DNA of 64,000 nucleotides from Eledone cirrhosa (lineage: Eukaryota): the NCBI GenBank assembly GCA_964016885.1, contig OZ024740.1, positions 168,330,001 to 168,394,000 of the forward strand, in the 5' to 3' direction. Positions 29,237 through 42,059 of this stretch are shown piece after piece (the first letter of the stretch is position 1; each line of letters begins with the position of its first letter). The position numbers and the translations under genes are program-made. The notes under the pieces were generated by a model, which saw nothing but the letters and a program-made list of their open reading frames with translations, searched no databases and was not told where the DNA came from.

Positions 29237-32200
29237 CTTTGAGTCTTAGTCATTGATGTTATTTAACTGGAAAGTTTGTTGAAATTAATATCAAGCCGCT
29301 ACCTGCAGCCTCAGATATTCAGGACGTATCGGAGGGTTCTTGCTGTTCCCAGCAAGCATGCCTTTTGAAGTGTTCCAAAAAGCGGGGCTGGACTAATTTT
29401 CTTTAACCATCCTTGGAAACACTTTGAGATAGTACTTAGTGCGCCTATGACAATCGGGACAACTCTGACTTCATGGCAGTTCCAAATCCTTTTTACCTCC
29501 CACTTTAAGTCTTGGTATCGGTTAATTTTCTCCCTCTCCTGCTCTTGCACTCTCGTGTCAAATGGTCAGGCCACATCCACAATCAGGCACGATCTTCTTT
29601 CCTTGTCCAAAACCACCAGGTCAGGTCTATTGTGTTCCAGTTTCTTGTCCGTCTGTATCCTTAAATCCCACACACCTTCACCTGATCGTTTTCTATCACC
29701 GACTCTGGCTTATGCTCATACCACTTCTCAGAATGTGGTAAATTGTTTACTTTGCATAGGTGCCAGTGGATCACCCTGCCCATCACATCATGTCTCCAGC
29801 CCTTATAGTGAGTCTGGGCTAGGTGTTTACACTCGGATACAATGTGAGCCACAGTCTCCTCTCTCTCTCCACAGATCCTACACAGTGGGCTAGCCTCCTC
29901 CTTGTAAATATGATGTTTCACCCACTTCGTTCTGAGGGCCTGCTCTTGCGCAGCCATTAGCATTCCTTCTCTAGCCTTTTTAACCAGTTCCATGTCTGTG
30001 GATCTCTAAATTCAGTTTTCTCAAAGAAGGTACTATGAAGGGATTTTTCATGAAGGTTGCTCTTCCTCCTTGTTGTTATTTCCTCCCTGGACATCCCCTG
30101 GTCTATTGTCTTCTCCTTCAGTACAATTCTGAGCATTGGCTCCCTACTGTCAGTGACGTATTTGTGCAGGTTGTTTTTTTCCATCTGAACGCAGTCCTCT
30201 ATGCTGATAAGACCTCTTCCACCTTCAGATCTCTTTAAGTAGAGTCTATCGACATCACTCCTCTTGTGGAACATGTTGTAGATAGTCAATAGCTTCCTAG
30301 TCTTTCTATCCATTTCTTTTTGTTCAGCAACATTCCATTTCAAAATTCCCGCACTGTACCTAATAATAGACACAGCTCGGGAATTCACTGCACTTATGAC
30401 ATTCCTGCTATTCAAATGTGATTTTAATACACTCCTTACTCTCCTAATGTACTCAGAACTTATCAATTCCTTCATTTTTTTGTTCTTGATGTCATCTGCC
30501 TCCAGAACACCTAAATATTTGTATCCTTCTTCAGTGTCAATTTCCTTTATCATCTCACCTGTTGGTACCTGGATTCCGTTGCTTCTGCTCAATTTACCCC
30601 TCTTCATCACTAGGACTCCACACTTATTAATACCAAATTGCATACATATATCATTGCTGAAAATACGGACAGTGTCGACAAGTACTTCCAGCTCCTTCTC
30701 ACTCTTCACAAAGAGTTTAAGATCGTCCATGAAGAGGAGGTGATTGATGGTAAGCTCTCCTTTTCCCAACTTGTATTCTGCTCTCACTTTTCGCAGTATA
30801 ATGGTCAGGGGTATCAGGCAAGGACAAACAACAGAGGGGACAAACTGTCTCCCTGGAAGATACCTCTCTTGATCTTCACGCCTCCCAAGGATTCTCCACC
30901 CGATGTTAACTCTGTTTCCCAGGACTTCATACTCTTGCTCAACAACTTTCTGATGTTATCTGCCACCTTGAAGATCTCTAGGCTTTTGGTTATCCAAGAA
31001 TGAGGTACTATGTCGAATGCCTTTTTGTAATCTATCTATCCCATGGCAAGACCAGTGTATCTCCTCTTGCAATTCCTCATTACCATCTTATCAATAAGTA
31101 ACTGGTCCTTTGTACCACGGGACTTCTTTCGGCATCCTTTCTGTTTGTCCGGTAACAAGTTGTTTATGTGGAGGAGATGGTAGATTTCCTCAGACATAAT
31201 GCTTGTTAACAGTTTCCACATTTCGTACGGACATGTGATAGGTAAAATCATTACCCTTGGTTCGGTCTTTCATTACCAGAACTGTGGTACCTTTTATCAA
31301 CCACTCTGGTACCTCACCCGACATCAAGCAGTCATTGAACATAGTTGTCAGTTTCGGGTGGAGGGATGTTTATTTTTGATCCAAAACCCCTGCACGCCAT
31401 CTGGGCCTGGTGATTTCTAGTTGGTTAGTTTTCTGGCCTGCCCCTTAAGAGTTTCAACTGTGATACTCAAATCAGTTTGTTGGTGTGCTTGTTCGCTAAT
31501 CTCTTTTTGTACTGTCTCAATCCACACTGCCTGATCATTATGTTCAACATCCTGCTCCCATATTCCTCTCCAGAATGTCTTAGTCTGTTTCGCCTCAGGG
31601 ATCAAGTCGTTGCCTCTTTCTTTCCCTTCAAGCTGTCCAAACAAGATCTCGTTGTTGTTAAACATGCGGTTCTGTCTATACTGACTGACTCTGCTCTCAT
31701 ACCGCCTAATCTTTGCACTCTTTGCTACAATGCGCTGCTTCAGTTCCTCTATGTTGATATTTAGCTTTTTCCTCCTAATTTTGTACTTTATTTCCAGTCT
31801 ATTTTTAGTGTCTATGTTTTGTAGTGTCCCATTCAGTAGGGACTCAAGCTTTCCAATGTCATTTCTCATTTCCTTGATTTGACCACTCAGTCGTTTCTTC
31901 CACCAAGGTTCTGATCTTTCTTGTTTGTTGTTTCCTCTCGTTTTTATGCCAAGTAATTTCATCACCGCATTTGCTGTTGCCTTGAGGATAGTGTTGCATT
32001 GGTGAAGGTTCCTCGCCTCAAGGTATGGGATGACTTTGTTTACCTTAGCTGTTTTTTCTTTTAACTTTTTCCTGTCTACAAATCTTAGGTTCATAGGTTT
32101 CCCACTATCATTGTTCATTTCATCTACCACTAAGTTTAGGATATCAACCAAATCTTGTCCTAGCCCGTCAGCATTCATTTCCTCAGTGGCCGTATCTTTG

Positions 32201-32800
32201 TTCCAGATGTTATTTATTTCAGCATTCAGATCATTGTCTGCTTCGGATGTTTCCTCCATTCTTTCAACCTCTTCACCTTCATTTCCCACTCGCTCGTTTG
32301 CCTGGCATACTCCATTCTCCATTTCCAATCTAATCTCTCTGCTCAGTTCCTCCAGTTCCAACTCGCTTATCCATCCATTCGTTCTTATTATCCGAGCCTG
32401 CCCGGCCAATTTTTGTTCATCTAATTTAAATAGTTCAATCTCGTTCCAGATGTTATGCATCCGTTTCCTATAGCCTTTTTCCTTGGGGTTACTCTTCAGG
32501 TAACATTCCATGACAGTTCTATTCAATTCTTTCGTCCAGTTGGTTCTTGTCCCTTTCCTTCTTCTTCTTCCTCCAACACCAGCAGTATTTGGATGACAGC
32601 CAGGTCCCTGCTTCTGGGCCAGGGGGCAGTTGCTGGGTGAGAGTCTGTCACATGGCGTTCCAGTCTGCTCTTCACTGTTATTCGAACTGTTTAGGTTCGA
32701 CATTTAAACACTCATATCGAGGATTGGTGAATGTATGGTTACATAACCACCGGTGATTCATCACCCCCGGTGATTTCAGCGTGGCACCATTATGCTGTAG
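29237..32800 (-). mobile_element. R4/Dong-type non-LTR retrotransposon (RT + zinc knuckle + restriction-like endonuclease), pseudogenised
   Basis: Fragmented ORFs: QKGC, INHLLFMDDLKL, YKYLG, CRICGEREETVAHIVSEC and EKINRYQDL...VPIVIGAL. The 3' end abuts (ATT)n. Confidence 0.85.
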
Positions 32801-32989
32801 ACGAACATAAGTAAATAAACAAATAAATAGATAAAAACTTTAAAAAATAAACATAAGTTTCATTGTAATGTTTGAATGTCTGACTTAGTTTTTTGTTTGT
32901 TTATTTTTTTTTCCTTTACATTTTTCGTAACATCGGTTACTAGTGTTGTTGCGTTCAAAACTTTTGAAATTTGTTTTTTGTCTGTGTTC

Positions 32990-33778
32990 TTTCGACTTGT
33001 TGCATATTATTATTATTATTATATTATAGTTTATATTTGACATCGTTTAAACTAAACATTTTGAGAGAGTTTAGAGTTTAGAGATACACCAACAATAATT
33101 ATTATTTTGGTAGTGTTGTTGTTGTTGTTGTTGTTGTAAGCTGTTTGACCTGGTCACTAAATCAGTCTATTTATATCTTTTGATGCCTTCCTCGCTTATT
33201 CATTCATGTGTGTAGTGGTGGTAGCGATGATGCAGTGGTGGCGGTGGCGATGGGATAGTGGTATTATAGTGATGGTGTTGCTGCAGCCTGGCTAGATCTT
33301 TTTGTTGTAGTGGTGATGGTGGTGGCGGTGGTGTTGTTGCTGGTGAAGTTATTTGGCTGTTGTTCGTAACCATTTTCTTGTGCTCTGTTCTATAATCTTT
33401 CGACTTGTTGCTTATTATTATTATTATATTATAGTTTAGATTTGACATCGTTTAAACTAAGGATTTTGAGATAGTTTAGAGTTTAGAGATACAGCAACAA
33501 TAATTATTTTTGTGTTGTTGTTGTTAGCTGTTTGACCGGGACACTAAATCAGTCTATTTATATCTCTGTAGTGGCACTACCACCATCCCTCTCTTTTAAC
33601 AGGAGGCAGTGAGGGAATAGTGGTGGTAGCGATGATGCAGTGGTGGCGGTGGTGATGGGATAGTAGGCGGTGGTTATGTAGCCTGGCTAGATTTTTTGTG
33701 GTAGTGGTCATGGTTGTGGTGGCGGTGGTGGTGTTGGTGGTGAAATTATTTGGCTGCTGTTCGTAACCATTTTCTTTT
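32990..33778. repeat. Diverged ~400-bp tandem duplication with GGT/GTT-rich segments
   Basis: About 32990-33380 is repeated at about 33400-33778. Confidence 0.65.
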
Positions 33779-34012
33779 TTTACTACAAAATTTTTGATAC
33801 AAAATTAAATATTAAATATTGGAGCCCTATGCCATAATGTGATGCGTTGCCACTTCCTGATAGTGAAGACTGGTATCTTATGTTCCATTTGTAATAAGAA
33901 TTATTCTATCACAATTGTTTTAAATATGTAAAATATCAAAAACTTACGGGAGCGATTCCATAACACTCTATCCACCATGTGCGTATCTTCCCTAACTATT
34001 ATTATTATTATT

Positions 34013-36096
34013 ACAGTTGCATTTATCTTGCTTTATGTCCATACGAGTTATCACCAAGTCACAACCAGTGACCTGAAGAGACAACAAGGTCCGTCATGTT
34101 CAAGAAAGAACATACATACACACACATGCATCTTTAGGTGTTTAGACTTGTGATGTACTTATATTGACAGAATCTTCCTTAGTATATGGGCAGTTCCCAT
34201 TAGTACTATCTTTTGTATTTCTCCTATACGCAGGTTTCCTGTGATTTGCGATAAGTAATCATTAGACCCCTTAGGTATCATTCCTAGAGCGCCTACAACC
34301 ACTAGTATTGTTTTAGTTCTCAATTTCCACATTTTTCCAATTTCTATCTCCAGGTCCTTATACTTGCTCAATTTTTCAAATGTTTTTATAGATACATTCT
34401 TGTCTATTGGAACGGACATATCAATTAGCAGGCATACCCTCTTTTTAAAGTCCTTCAGCATTATATCAGGTCTATTGGCATCTATTTTTCGGTCTGTTTG
34501 GATGCTAAAGTTCCACAAGATTGAGATGTGATCTTTTTCAAATATGGGAGGTGGTTGATGCTCCCACCAATTCTTTTGATGGGGCAGGTCAAAATGCTTA
34601 CACATTATCCAATGTATGTATTGTGCAGCTCTGTGATGCCTGTTTAGGTATTCGGTTGGAGCTATAGGACTGCACATTGAAATTATATGATCAATGGTCT
34701 CTGTTTGTTTTTTACATACACGGCATAATGGGTTGCATCCATTTTTTATTATCTTGGCTTGGTAATTTTTTGTTGGCAGACACTGATCTTGTGCTGATAT
34801 AATTAGTCCTGCAGTCTCCGATTTCAGTCCAGAGGATACCAACCACTGATGGGTTAAAGTTTTGTCAACATCAGGTTTGATAGCTCTTTCTGGGTACTTT
34901 CCATTCAGAGGCTTTTCTTGCCATTTCTTAGCCAGTTTCTGTAGCAGTTCTTTCTTTGCAGTTACTTTTACCTGCCTTGCTTTTTCTGTGTTTTTCATTT
35001 CAGCAGTAAATAGAACTTCTGAAATTTGTAGTCCATTACTGTATCTTTGTGCATCTTTTGTAATGATATTTTGATGCTTTCGTGTTTCAAAACGAGTTTG
35101 ATCATCCAATCATGTGATTCCCTTAGATAATCCAATTGTTGCAGTTTTCAACGCAATATCTTACTGGATTAAACCACGTCCTCCTTCTTTCCTAGGGAGA
35201 TATATTCTATCTGTATCTGCCTTGGGGTGATGCATTCTGTGCATGGTTAATAATTTTCTAATTTTTGTATCGAGCTTACGGATCTCTGTACTTGACCAGT
35301 TGATGACATTGTAACTGTAGGTTACTACTGGTATGGCAAGCGTGTTTATGGCATCGATCCTATTCCTTGCATTCAATTCCGTTCTTAAGATTGCTCTTAC
35401 TCTGCGGTAACATTCCTTCCTTATCCTTTCCCTCATTGTCGAGTGCTTGATTCCGTCTCCTTCGCAAACACCTAGATATTTGTAAGTTTCCTCTTGATCA
35501 AGTTCTCTTATCACATTCCCCGATCAAGATTAATGTCTGAACTTTTCAGCCACTTTCCTCTGGTGAACGTTGCTTTGGCGCATTTATCTAGTCCAAACTC
35601 CATTTTAATGTCATCACTGAACTGCTTCACAGTGGATAATAGCCCTTGCAATTGTTCATCATTTTTTGCAAATAGTTTATATCCATGTTTTGTTTCATTG
35701 AGCATTTTACTTAATGGTATAAGTACGATGCAGAATAAAAGCGGTGATAGTCACCCTGAAAAATTCCACAATTAATATTAATTTCTCCAGCTTCCAGTGA
35801 TTTTTTTTCACTATTCAAAAGGAGTGTCGTTTTCCATGTCTTCATACTGAATGACAGGGACCTCCTGACAACGGGAGATATTTTGAAAATCTCTAAACAT
35901 TTTTCAATCCAACTGTGTGGCAGACTATCGAATGCTTTTTTGTAATTTATCCAAGCAATTGATAGATTTTTGTGTCTATTATGACAGTCTTCCAGTATCA
36001 TTTTGTTAACCAAAAGCTGATCTTTACAGCCATATGAGCCTCGTTTACACCCTTTCTGCTCATTGGGAAATAGATCATTTGTTATCAGGTGATCTA
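34013..36096 (-). mobile_element. 5'-truncated R4/Dong-type LINE, second family
   Basis: EQKGC, KKAFDS, YKYLG, CRVCKKQTETIDHIISMC, NRPDIM...LLIDMSVP, KLSKYKDL. (ATT)n on both flanks. Confidence 0.85.
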
Positions 36097-36215
36097 TTAT
36101 TATTATCATTATTATTATTATTCCGCATTTTTCATTCTTTGATGTTATTTTCTTTGGTATTTTCCTTTTGTGTAACCCCTGATGAAGGGCTAACTTTAAT
36201 CTGTTATATTAATAA

Positions 36216-36261
<46 letters not shown>

Positions 36262-36405
36262 GAAAAACCAAGAAAGTTTCATTTACATATGGGAAATATT
36301 TTTCATATGTAAACGAAACTTCCTCATTTTTTCTCTTATATACACTCTGCCTGCGCATAGAGTGCTTGATTTAAGTACCAACGCCAGTATTTCACTGTAC
36401 TACCC

Positions 36406-36579
36406 GCAGTATCGGTAGAGGGGTGGGCGCCATGCTTTGCAGCAAAGAGTTACGGCCCTTTATGATCTGAGTTCAAATCCAGCCGAGGTTAACTTTGCCT
36501 TTCATCCTTACGGGGTCGATAAAATAAAGTACCATCAATACACTGGGTAATTGCTGGCCTTGTGCCAAAAGGAGAAACA
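36406..36579 (+). mobile_element. tRNA-derived SINE
   Basis: Same family as 29031-29212. Confidence 0.8.
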
Positions 36580-36589
36580 GTTATATATA

Positions 36590-36650
<61 letters not shown>

Positions 36651-36660
36651 TATATATATA

Positions 36661-36719
<59 letters not shown>

Positions 36720-37149
36720 ATATATATTATATATTGTTATACTGTGGGAGGGTCATGTTGCCAATAAGAAACACACGCACCAGTTGCTTTCACTTCAATT
36801 TATTATATATTTATAAATTTATAAATTTATAAATTTACAAATCTACAAACTTATAAGTTTCTGGTTGGTTGGTTCCACAACCAGATAGTTGTTTATATAT
36901 AGTCATAGTCCTTTCGTCACACACTCTGTGACCTCATCAGTGACTGGGGATTCCTTTCTTTGTTTCTGTGCCTTTCCTTTCTTCTGTCCTACGCCATTTT
37001 GTTTCTGTGTGTGTGTTGTGTGCTCCGTTTGCGCATGCGCCACATCCGGGTGTCTGTGTGTGTTTGTGTTCATTTATCTATTTGTTTATTTATTTACATG
37101 TTGTTGGTTGGTTGTTTGTTCTATGTGTGTGTGTGTTTTCATTTTGTCC

Positions 37150-40100
37150 TTAATTGTAAGTTGTGATGTTGCTGTTCCACTCATATTTTCTATTTAATTT
37201 TGGTTGTAATTCTTTTATGCTTACTGCCTCTGTAATTTGCCTAAACATTGCATCTTTTCTGTGTGTGAATTCTATTTTTATTTCTATGTTCTCTAATTTA
37301 CCCTTGTGTTCTATCTTAGCATGTTGGTAGAGTACAGATGATTCTTTATTATCTTGAAGGTCTCGCCAGTGTTCATTTATCCGTTCCCCTATACTACGAG
37401 CTGTCTCACCTATGTACACTATATTTTTGTTTCTACATTGTCCTTCAGTACATCTTATGCTATACACTACATTTCTAGTTTTACAGTTAATATGGGGGCT
37501 TATTTTACAGGTTATACATTTCTTATCTATGCATGAGGGTCTTTGGAACGGGTATGTCTTGCTAATAAGTGTTTTTAAGGAGGTACCTTGTCTTTCTACT
37601 ATCTTAATATTGAGTTTATGTTTATTTAGGGCCCTTCTAAATTTGTAGGCTAGTTCGCCTCTAGGGGTTGTATTGATGAACATTACACTCTGGTATTTAT
37701 TGCTATCATACCATGAGTTTATTCTATTGGCCTTGTTCCTAGTTCTTTCTATTCTATTCCAAAATTTGCTCCTATACAAGGGGCAGGTCACATTTATGTC
37801 ATTATTTACCATTTTTTCCCATTTGGTTCTGGCTCCTCTATATACTCTGATTCTATCTCTCTGATTGTAGCCAGAGAACTGCATACGGTGGATGAAGTGT
37901 TGTATGTGTCTCTCTAGTTCTTCGGGGTTGCACATGCGGGACACATTTCTCATCACCCGTACCAAATCCGCAATCAGTATGTTGATTTTGGTATGGTCCG
38001 AAATGGCCGAGTTTCGGTGGATCAGATGTTTGGAAGTCATGGGTTTGGCATAATGGGAATGGAGGATTTGTTTTTGGTTGTTAATGGTATCTAACCAGAG
38101 CTCTGTGTCTAGTACAGGTAATCGATGGTTGTGGTGTCTACTTGGGTAGTCTATAGTAACTCTAATGCTCTGGTGGATGGAGTTTGCTATTTGCTGGATG
38201 CTTTCCATTGTGTTTTTCTCTAGTTCCTGACTGTTCTCTAGTGGGGGTGTCTTAACTACGATGTTTATATCATCTACGTAGCGGGAGTACATTATCAGGG
38301 TTAAGCTGTCTTCTAATTGTTCTTTAAGTTTAAGTTTAAGTCTACTGTCCCACCATACCATGAATAAGTTAGCTATGTCGCCTGCAATGCTAACACCAAT
38401 GGCTGCTCCTTTCTCTTGGGCATATGTTTTTCCATTAAATTTGAACATATGTTCCTTAAGGGTTAATTTTATGCTGGCCCCTACCGCATGTGCAATCATT
38501 TTCTTCAGTTCATTGTGGTTTTCGGGTGTCCGTATGGCTCTGGTCCACCCGTTCCATCTATCTATGTGGGTTTTCTTGGCCATTGAGGTAATGGTAGGTG
38601 GTCTGCCTCTTGCTGGTCTTGTAGGGCACAGGTTGCTAAGGTCATAAGTGTCTAGGTAACTATTACTATGGGTAAGCTTAAGTAGAAGTCCCAGCTCACT
38701 GGTATCAATCCCACGGAACTCAACCTTGCTCTCGCTGATCATTTCTACGCATTTCTCCACAGCAAAATCCACGTCAATAGATGGATACAGGGACACAACA
38801 TCCATACTGCCTATTATGCAGTTTGCTAGGTCCCCAGATCGGTTACTCACGCCGATTCTGCTGAGGAGGTCCTCCGTGCTGTCACATACATCTGGGGACA
38901 TCTCAATGATGGGGCGTATGATCAGGGAGAGGAAGTAGGACAGTCTGTAGTTACTAGCAATGTTAGCTCCACGGACTGGCCGTGTTGGTGGTCTCGCGAC
39001 AGGGTCACAGCCCGTTTTATGGTCTTTTCGAAGCCCATACAACGCCGGCACGTCAGTGTTCCAGGCCTGGAAGTTGTTGGCAGTCCTTTTGTTGGGCTGC
39101 ATTATATTCGTCCACATCACCATATGGGCATTGAGGGCTTTTTCTCTATCCTCATGCTCCTGTGGTGTTACCTCTCTTGTGTTAGTGATGTGGGGTTGCA
39201 TTGCCTGGATGTAGTTTGGCAGGCTGTCAACCGACATTCTGCCAGACTTGTCTGTTGGAAAGCATGCTATCTCTCCATTACGTGAGCGCTGCATGAGCTT
39301 ACGCAAGCCATTTGCAGATTTTTCTCCCAGTTGCTGGGCCTCTATTCTATTATGCTTCTTGCTATACTGTTCTATAATATTTCTAAGTTCGGATTTAGCT
39401 ATACTAAATTGTGCTTCTGTTTGTTCATCGACCTGCGACGGCAACTGCGTGCGTTTGTTAAATGGTAAAGTCGTGGCGTGGACTCGTCGCAGGTCGAATG
39501 ATTTATCGGAGGGATTATAAAACGGAGAGTTCCAGGCTGCTGCTTTATGTGTACTAGTGCTATTGTTATTGTTAGTTGTGTTGTTTCTATTTCTATTTCC
39601 ACCAACAGCCTCATGGTTGTTTCTATGTCTCTCATAATTACTCCTGTCTCTTTCCACTGACTCAATGTTGTTATCTACCCTATTTTGTGTGTCTGTGTGT
39701 TCGTCTTGGTTATTCTCTTTGTCCTTAGTCTCCCATCTCCTTTTCCTTTTAATCTTATTACTTTCCCTTATTTCTCTGATTTCTGTGCTACTGTCATTAC
39801 TTGTTTTCTGTGTCTGTGTGTTTGTTAAGATTGTGGTGGTGGTGAGAGGCATTGAATGCGTGTGTGTTGTTGTTGTTGATGTGTGCTGTTGTTGATGTGT
39901 GTTGTTGTTGTCTCCGTGTGTGTTATCGTTGTTGTGTGTGTTGTTATTGTTGTTTGTGTCTGCGTGTCTGTTGTTGTTGTTTCTGGGTATGTTGCTATTG
40001 TTGTTGTTGTTGATGTGTGTGTTGTTGTTATTGTTGTTTGTGTCTGTGTGTCTGTTGTTGTTGGGATGTGTGTTGTATATGTGTGTGCGTATATTGTTGC

Positions 40101-40866
40101 TTTTGTTTTTGATGCTCCAGCGTAGTTTTGTAAATGATTTTTCTATTTCTGACAGACAACTAATCATATTTACCTTCTTGAATGTCGCAAATTTCGGCGG
40201 CAAAAATAACACAGACATTTCATCATTATCTATTTTTGCGTTCCCATAAATGTTGGTGTTTTTGTTGTTGAACTCTTCTGATAATGAGGTGTCGGCCATG
40301 TTGATACCGTCAATTTTGTCGGGATATCTATTGGTATACTCTATAGTATCCTGATTTAGCTTTGCCTGTTTAAGCCACTTTAGTTTCCTGTTAAAGTGCT
40401 TATCACATTCTTGAGTAATGTACTGTTCTTCGGGGCGTATAAGGCTTATAAATATTAGTTTCTCTGTTGGTGTGGTGATTCTAGCTATTTCTTGTATTAG
40501 GTTACGCTTTTGTTTTTCTTGATGACTTAATTCTCTATAGATCTTCTTTTTTATGTTTAGAATTAAAGTTCGTTTTAGCCTATCTGCTTGTTTTTTGGTG
40601 AGTTGTAATCTTCTAACGTCGGTATTGATGGTGTTGGTGTAGATTCTGGAAGAGGCGCACTGCTTTATGAAGGATAGTTGTCGAGATGTTATGGTTTTTC
40701 GTAGACAACAGAACATGGTGGTTTTCAGTATCTTGTTAGCCTGGCTAAGGCTTACGATGTTTCGTTTCTGAATTTGTTTAGCAAGATTTTTTATCTGAAA
40801 TCGTGTGTTGAAACCGATATTGTTATACTTTGGGAGGGTCATGTTGCCAATAAGAAACATACGCAC
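37150..40866 (-). CDS. PLE reverse transcriptase - Cys linker - GIY-YIG endonuclease (1238 aa, uninterrupted)
   Basis: PTDKSG, IIGSMDVVSLYPSI, KGAAIG, YSRYVDDI, LPVLD; linker CIDKKCITC...C; VVY...YIGETARSIGERINEH...EA...LN. The true start may be the ATG at 40860 or 40842. Confidence 0.92.
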   Translation of the reverse strand: MRMFLIGNMTLPKYNNIGFNTRFQIKNLAKQIQKRNIVSLSQANKILKTTMFCCLRKTITSRQLSFIKQCASSRIYTNTINTDVRRLQLTKKQADRLKRTLILNIKKKIYRELSHQEKQKRNLIQEIARITTPTEKLIFISLIRPEEQYITQECDKHFNRKLKWLKQAKLNQDTIEYTNRYPDKIDGINMADTSLSEEFNNKNTNIYGNAKIDNDEMSVLFLPPKFATFKKVNMISCLSEIEKSFTKLRWSIKNKSNNIRTHIYNTHPNNNRHTDTNNNNNNTHINNNNNSNIPRNNNNRHADTNNNNNTHNNDNTHGDNNNTHQQQHTSTTTTHTHSMPLTTTTILTNTQTQKTSNDSSTEIREIRESNKIKRKRRWETKDKENNQDEHTDTQNRVDNNIESVERDRSNYERHRNNHEAVGGNRNRNNTTNNNNSTSTHKAAAWNSPFYNPSDKSFDLRRVHATTLPFNKRTQLPSQVDEQTEAQFSIAKSELRNIIEQYSKKHNRIEAQQLGEKSANGLRKLMQRSRNGEIACFPTDKSGRMSVDSLPNYIQAMQPHITNTREVTPQEHEDREKALNAHMVMWTNIMQPNKRTANNFQAWNTDVPALYGLRKDHKTGCDPVARPPTRPVRGANIASNYRLSYFLSLIIRPIIEMSPDVCDSTEDLLSRIGVSNRSGDLANCIIGSMDVVSLYPSIDVDFAVEKCVEMISESKVEFRGIDTSELGLLLKLTHSNSYLDTYDLSNLCPTRPARGRPPTITSMAKKTHIDRWNGWTRAIRTPENHNELKKMIAHAVGASIKLTLKEHMFKFNGKTYAQEKGAAIGVSIAGDIANLFMVWWDSRLKLKLKEQLEDSLTLIMYSRYVDDINIVVKTPPLENSQELEKNTMESIQQIANSIHQSIRVTIDYPSRHHNHRLPVLDTELWLDTINNQKQILHSHYAKPMTSKHLIHRNSAISDHTKINILIADLVRVMRNVSRMCNPEELERHIQHFIHRMQFSGYNQRDRIRVYRGARTKWEKMVNNDINVTCPLYRSKFWNRIERTRNKANRINSWYDSNKYQSVMFINTTPRGELAYKFRRALNKHKLNIKIVERQGTSLKTLISKTYPFQRPSCIDKKCITCKISPHINCKTRNVVYSIRCTEGQCRNKNIVYIGETARSIGERINEHWRDLQDNKESSVLYQHAKIEHKGKLENIEIKIEFTHRKDAMFRQITEAVSIKELQPKLNRKYEWNSNITTYN

Positions 40867-41582
40867 CAGTTGCTTTCACTTCAATTTATTATATATTTAT
40901 AAATTTATAAATTTATAAATTTACAAATCTACAAAGTTATAAATTTCTGGTTGGTTGGTTGGTTGGTTCCACAACCAGATAGTTGTTTATATATAGTCAT
41001 AGTCCTTTCGTCACACACTCTGTGACCTCATCAGTGACTGGGGATTCCTTTCTTTGTTTCTGTGCCTTTCCTTTCTTCTGTCCTACGCCATTTTGTTTCT
41101 GTGTGTGTTGTGTGCTCCGTTTGCGCATGCGCCACATCCGGGTGTCTGTGTGTGTTTGTGTTCATTTATCTATCTGTTTATTTATTTACATGTTGTTGGT
41201 TGGTTGTTTGTTCTATGTGTGTGTGTGTTTTCATTTTGTCCTTAATTGTAAGTTGTGATGTTGCTGTTCCACTCATATTTTCTATTTAATTTTGGTTGTA
41301 ATTCTTTTATGCTTACTGCCTCTGTAATTTGCCTAAATATTGCATCTTTTCTGTGTGTGGATTCTATTTTTATTTCTATGTTCTCTAATTTACCCTTGTG
41401 TTCTATCTTAGCATGTTGGTAGAGTACAGATGATTCTTTATTATCTTGAAGGTCTCGCCAGTGTTCATTTATCCGTTCCCGGATGTGGCGCATGCGCAAA
41501 CGGAGCACACAACACACACACAGAAACAAAATGGCGTAGGACAGAAGAAAGGAAAGGCACAGAAACAAAGAAAGGAATCCCC

Positions 41583-41627
41583 AGTCACTGATGAGGTCAC
41601 AGAATGTGTGACGAAAGGACTATGACT
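41583..41627 (+). ncRNA. pLTR hammerhead ribozyme (copies 36901-36945 -, 40995-41039 -, 61094-61138 +)
   Basis: agtca-CTGATGA-g-gtcac(agaatgt)gtgac-GAAA-ggac-TA-tgact. Confidence 0.8.
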
Positions 41628-41863
41628 ATATATAAACAACTATCTGGTTGTGGAACCAACCAACCAACCAGAAACTTATAAGTTTGTAGATTTGTAAATT
41701 TATAAATTTATAAATTTATAAATATATAATAAATTGAAGTGAAAGCAACTGGTGCGTGTGTTTCTTATTGGCAACATGACCCTCCCAAAGTATAACAATA
41801 TCGGTTTCAACACACGATTTCAGATAAAGAATCTTGTTAAACAAATTCAGAAACGAAATATAT

Positions 41864-41906
<43 letters not shown>

Positions 41907-41945
41907 ATTATATATATTTTATTATATATATTATATATGTGTGTG

Positions 41946-42053
<108 letters not shown>

Positions 42054-42059
42054 TGTGTA

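Larger units (their letters stand above)
36731..41858 (-). mobile_element. Full-length Penelope-like element with tandem pseudo-LTRs and an inverted terminal segment, in (TA)n
   Basis: About 36731-37388 is directly repeated at about 40817-41480. 41479-41858 is an inverted copy of about 40760-41142. Each repeat carries an HHR. Confidence 0.92.

Noticed and set aside
32704-32800. HDV-like ribozyme at the 5' end of the R4/Dong element
   Set aside because: The segment is GC-rich and structured-looking, but I could not assign the nested double pseudoknot by eye.
37150-40866. Selenocysteine-recoding PLE (Naiad-type)
   Set aside because: The ORF has no in-frame UGA. The decayed PLEs are broken by frameshifts and I saw no UGA at conserved Cys positions.
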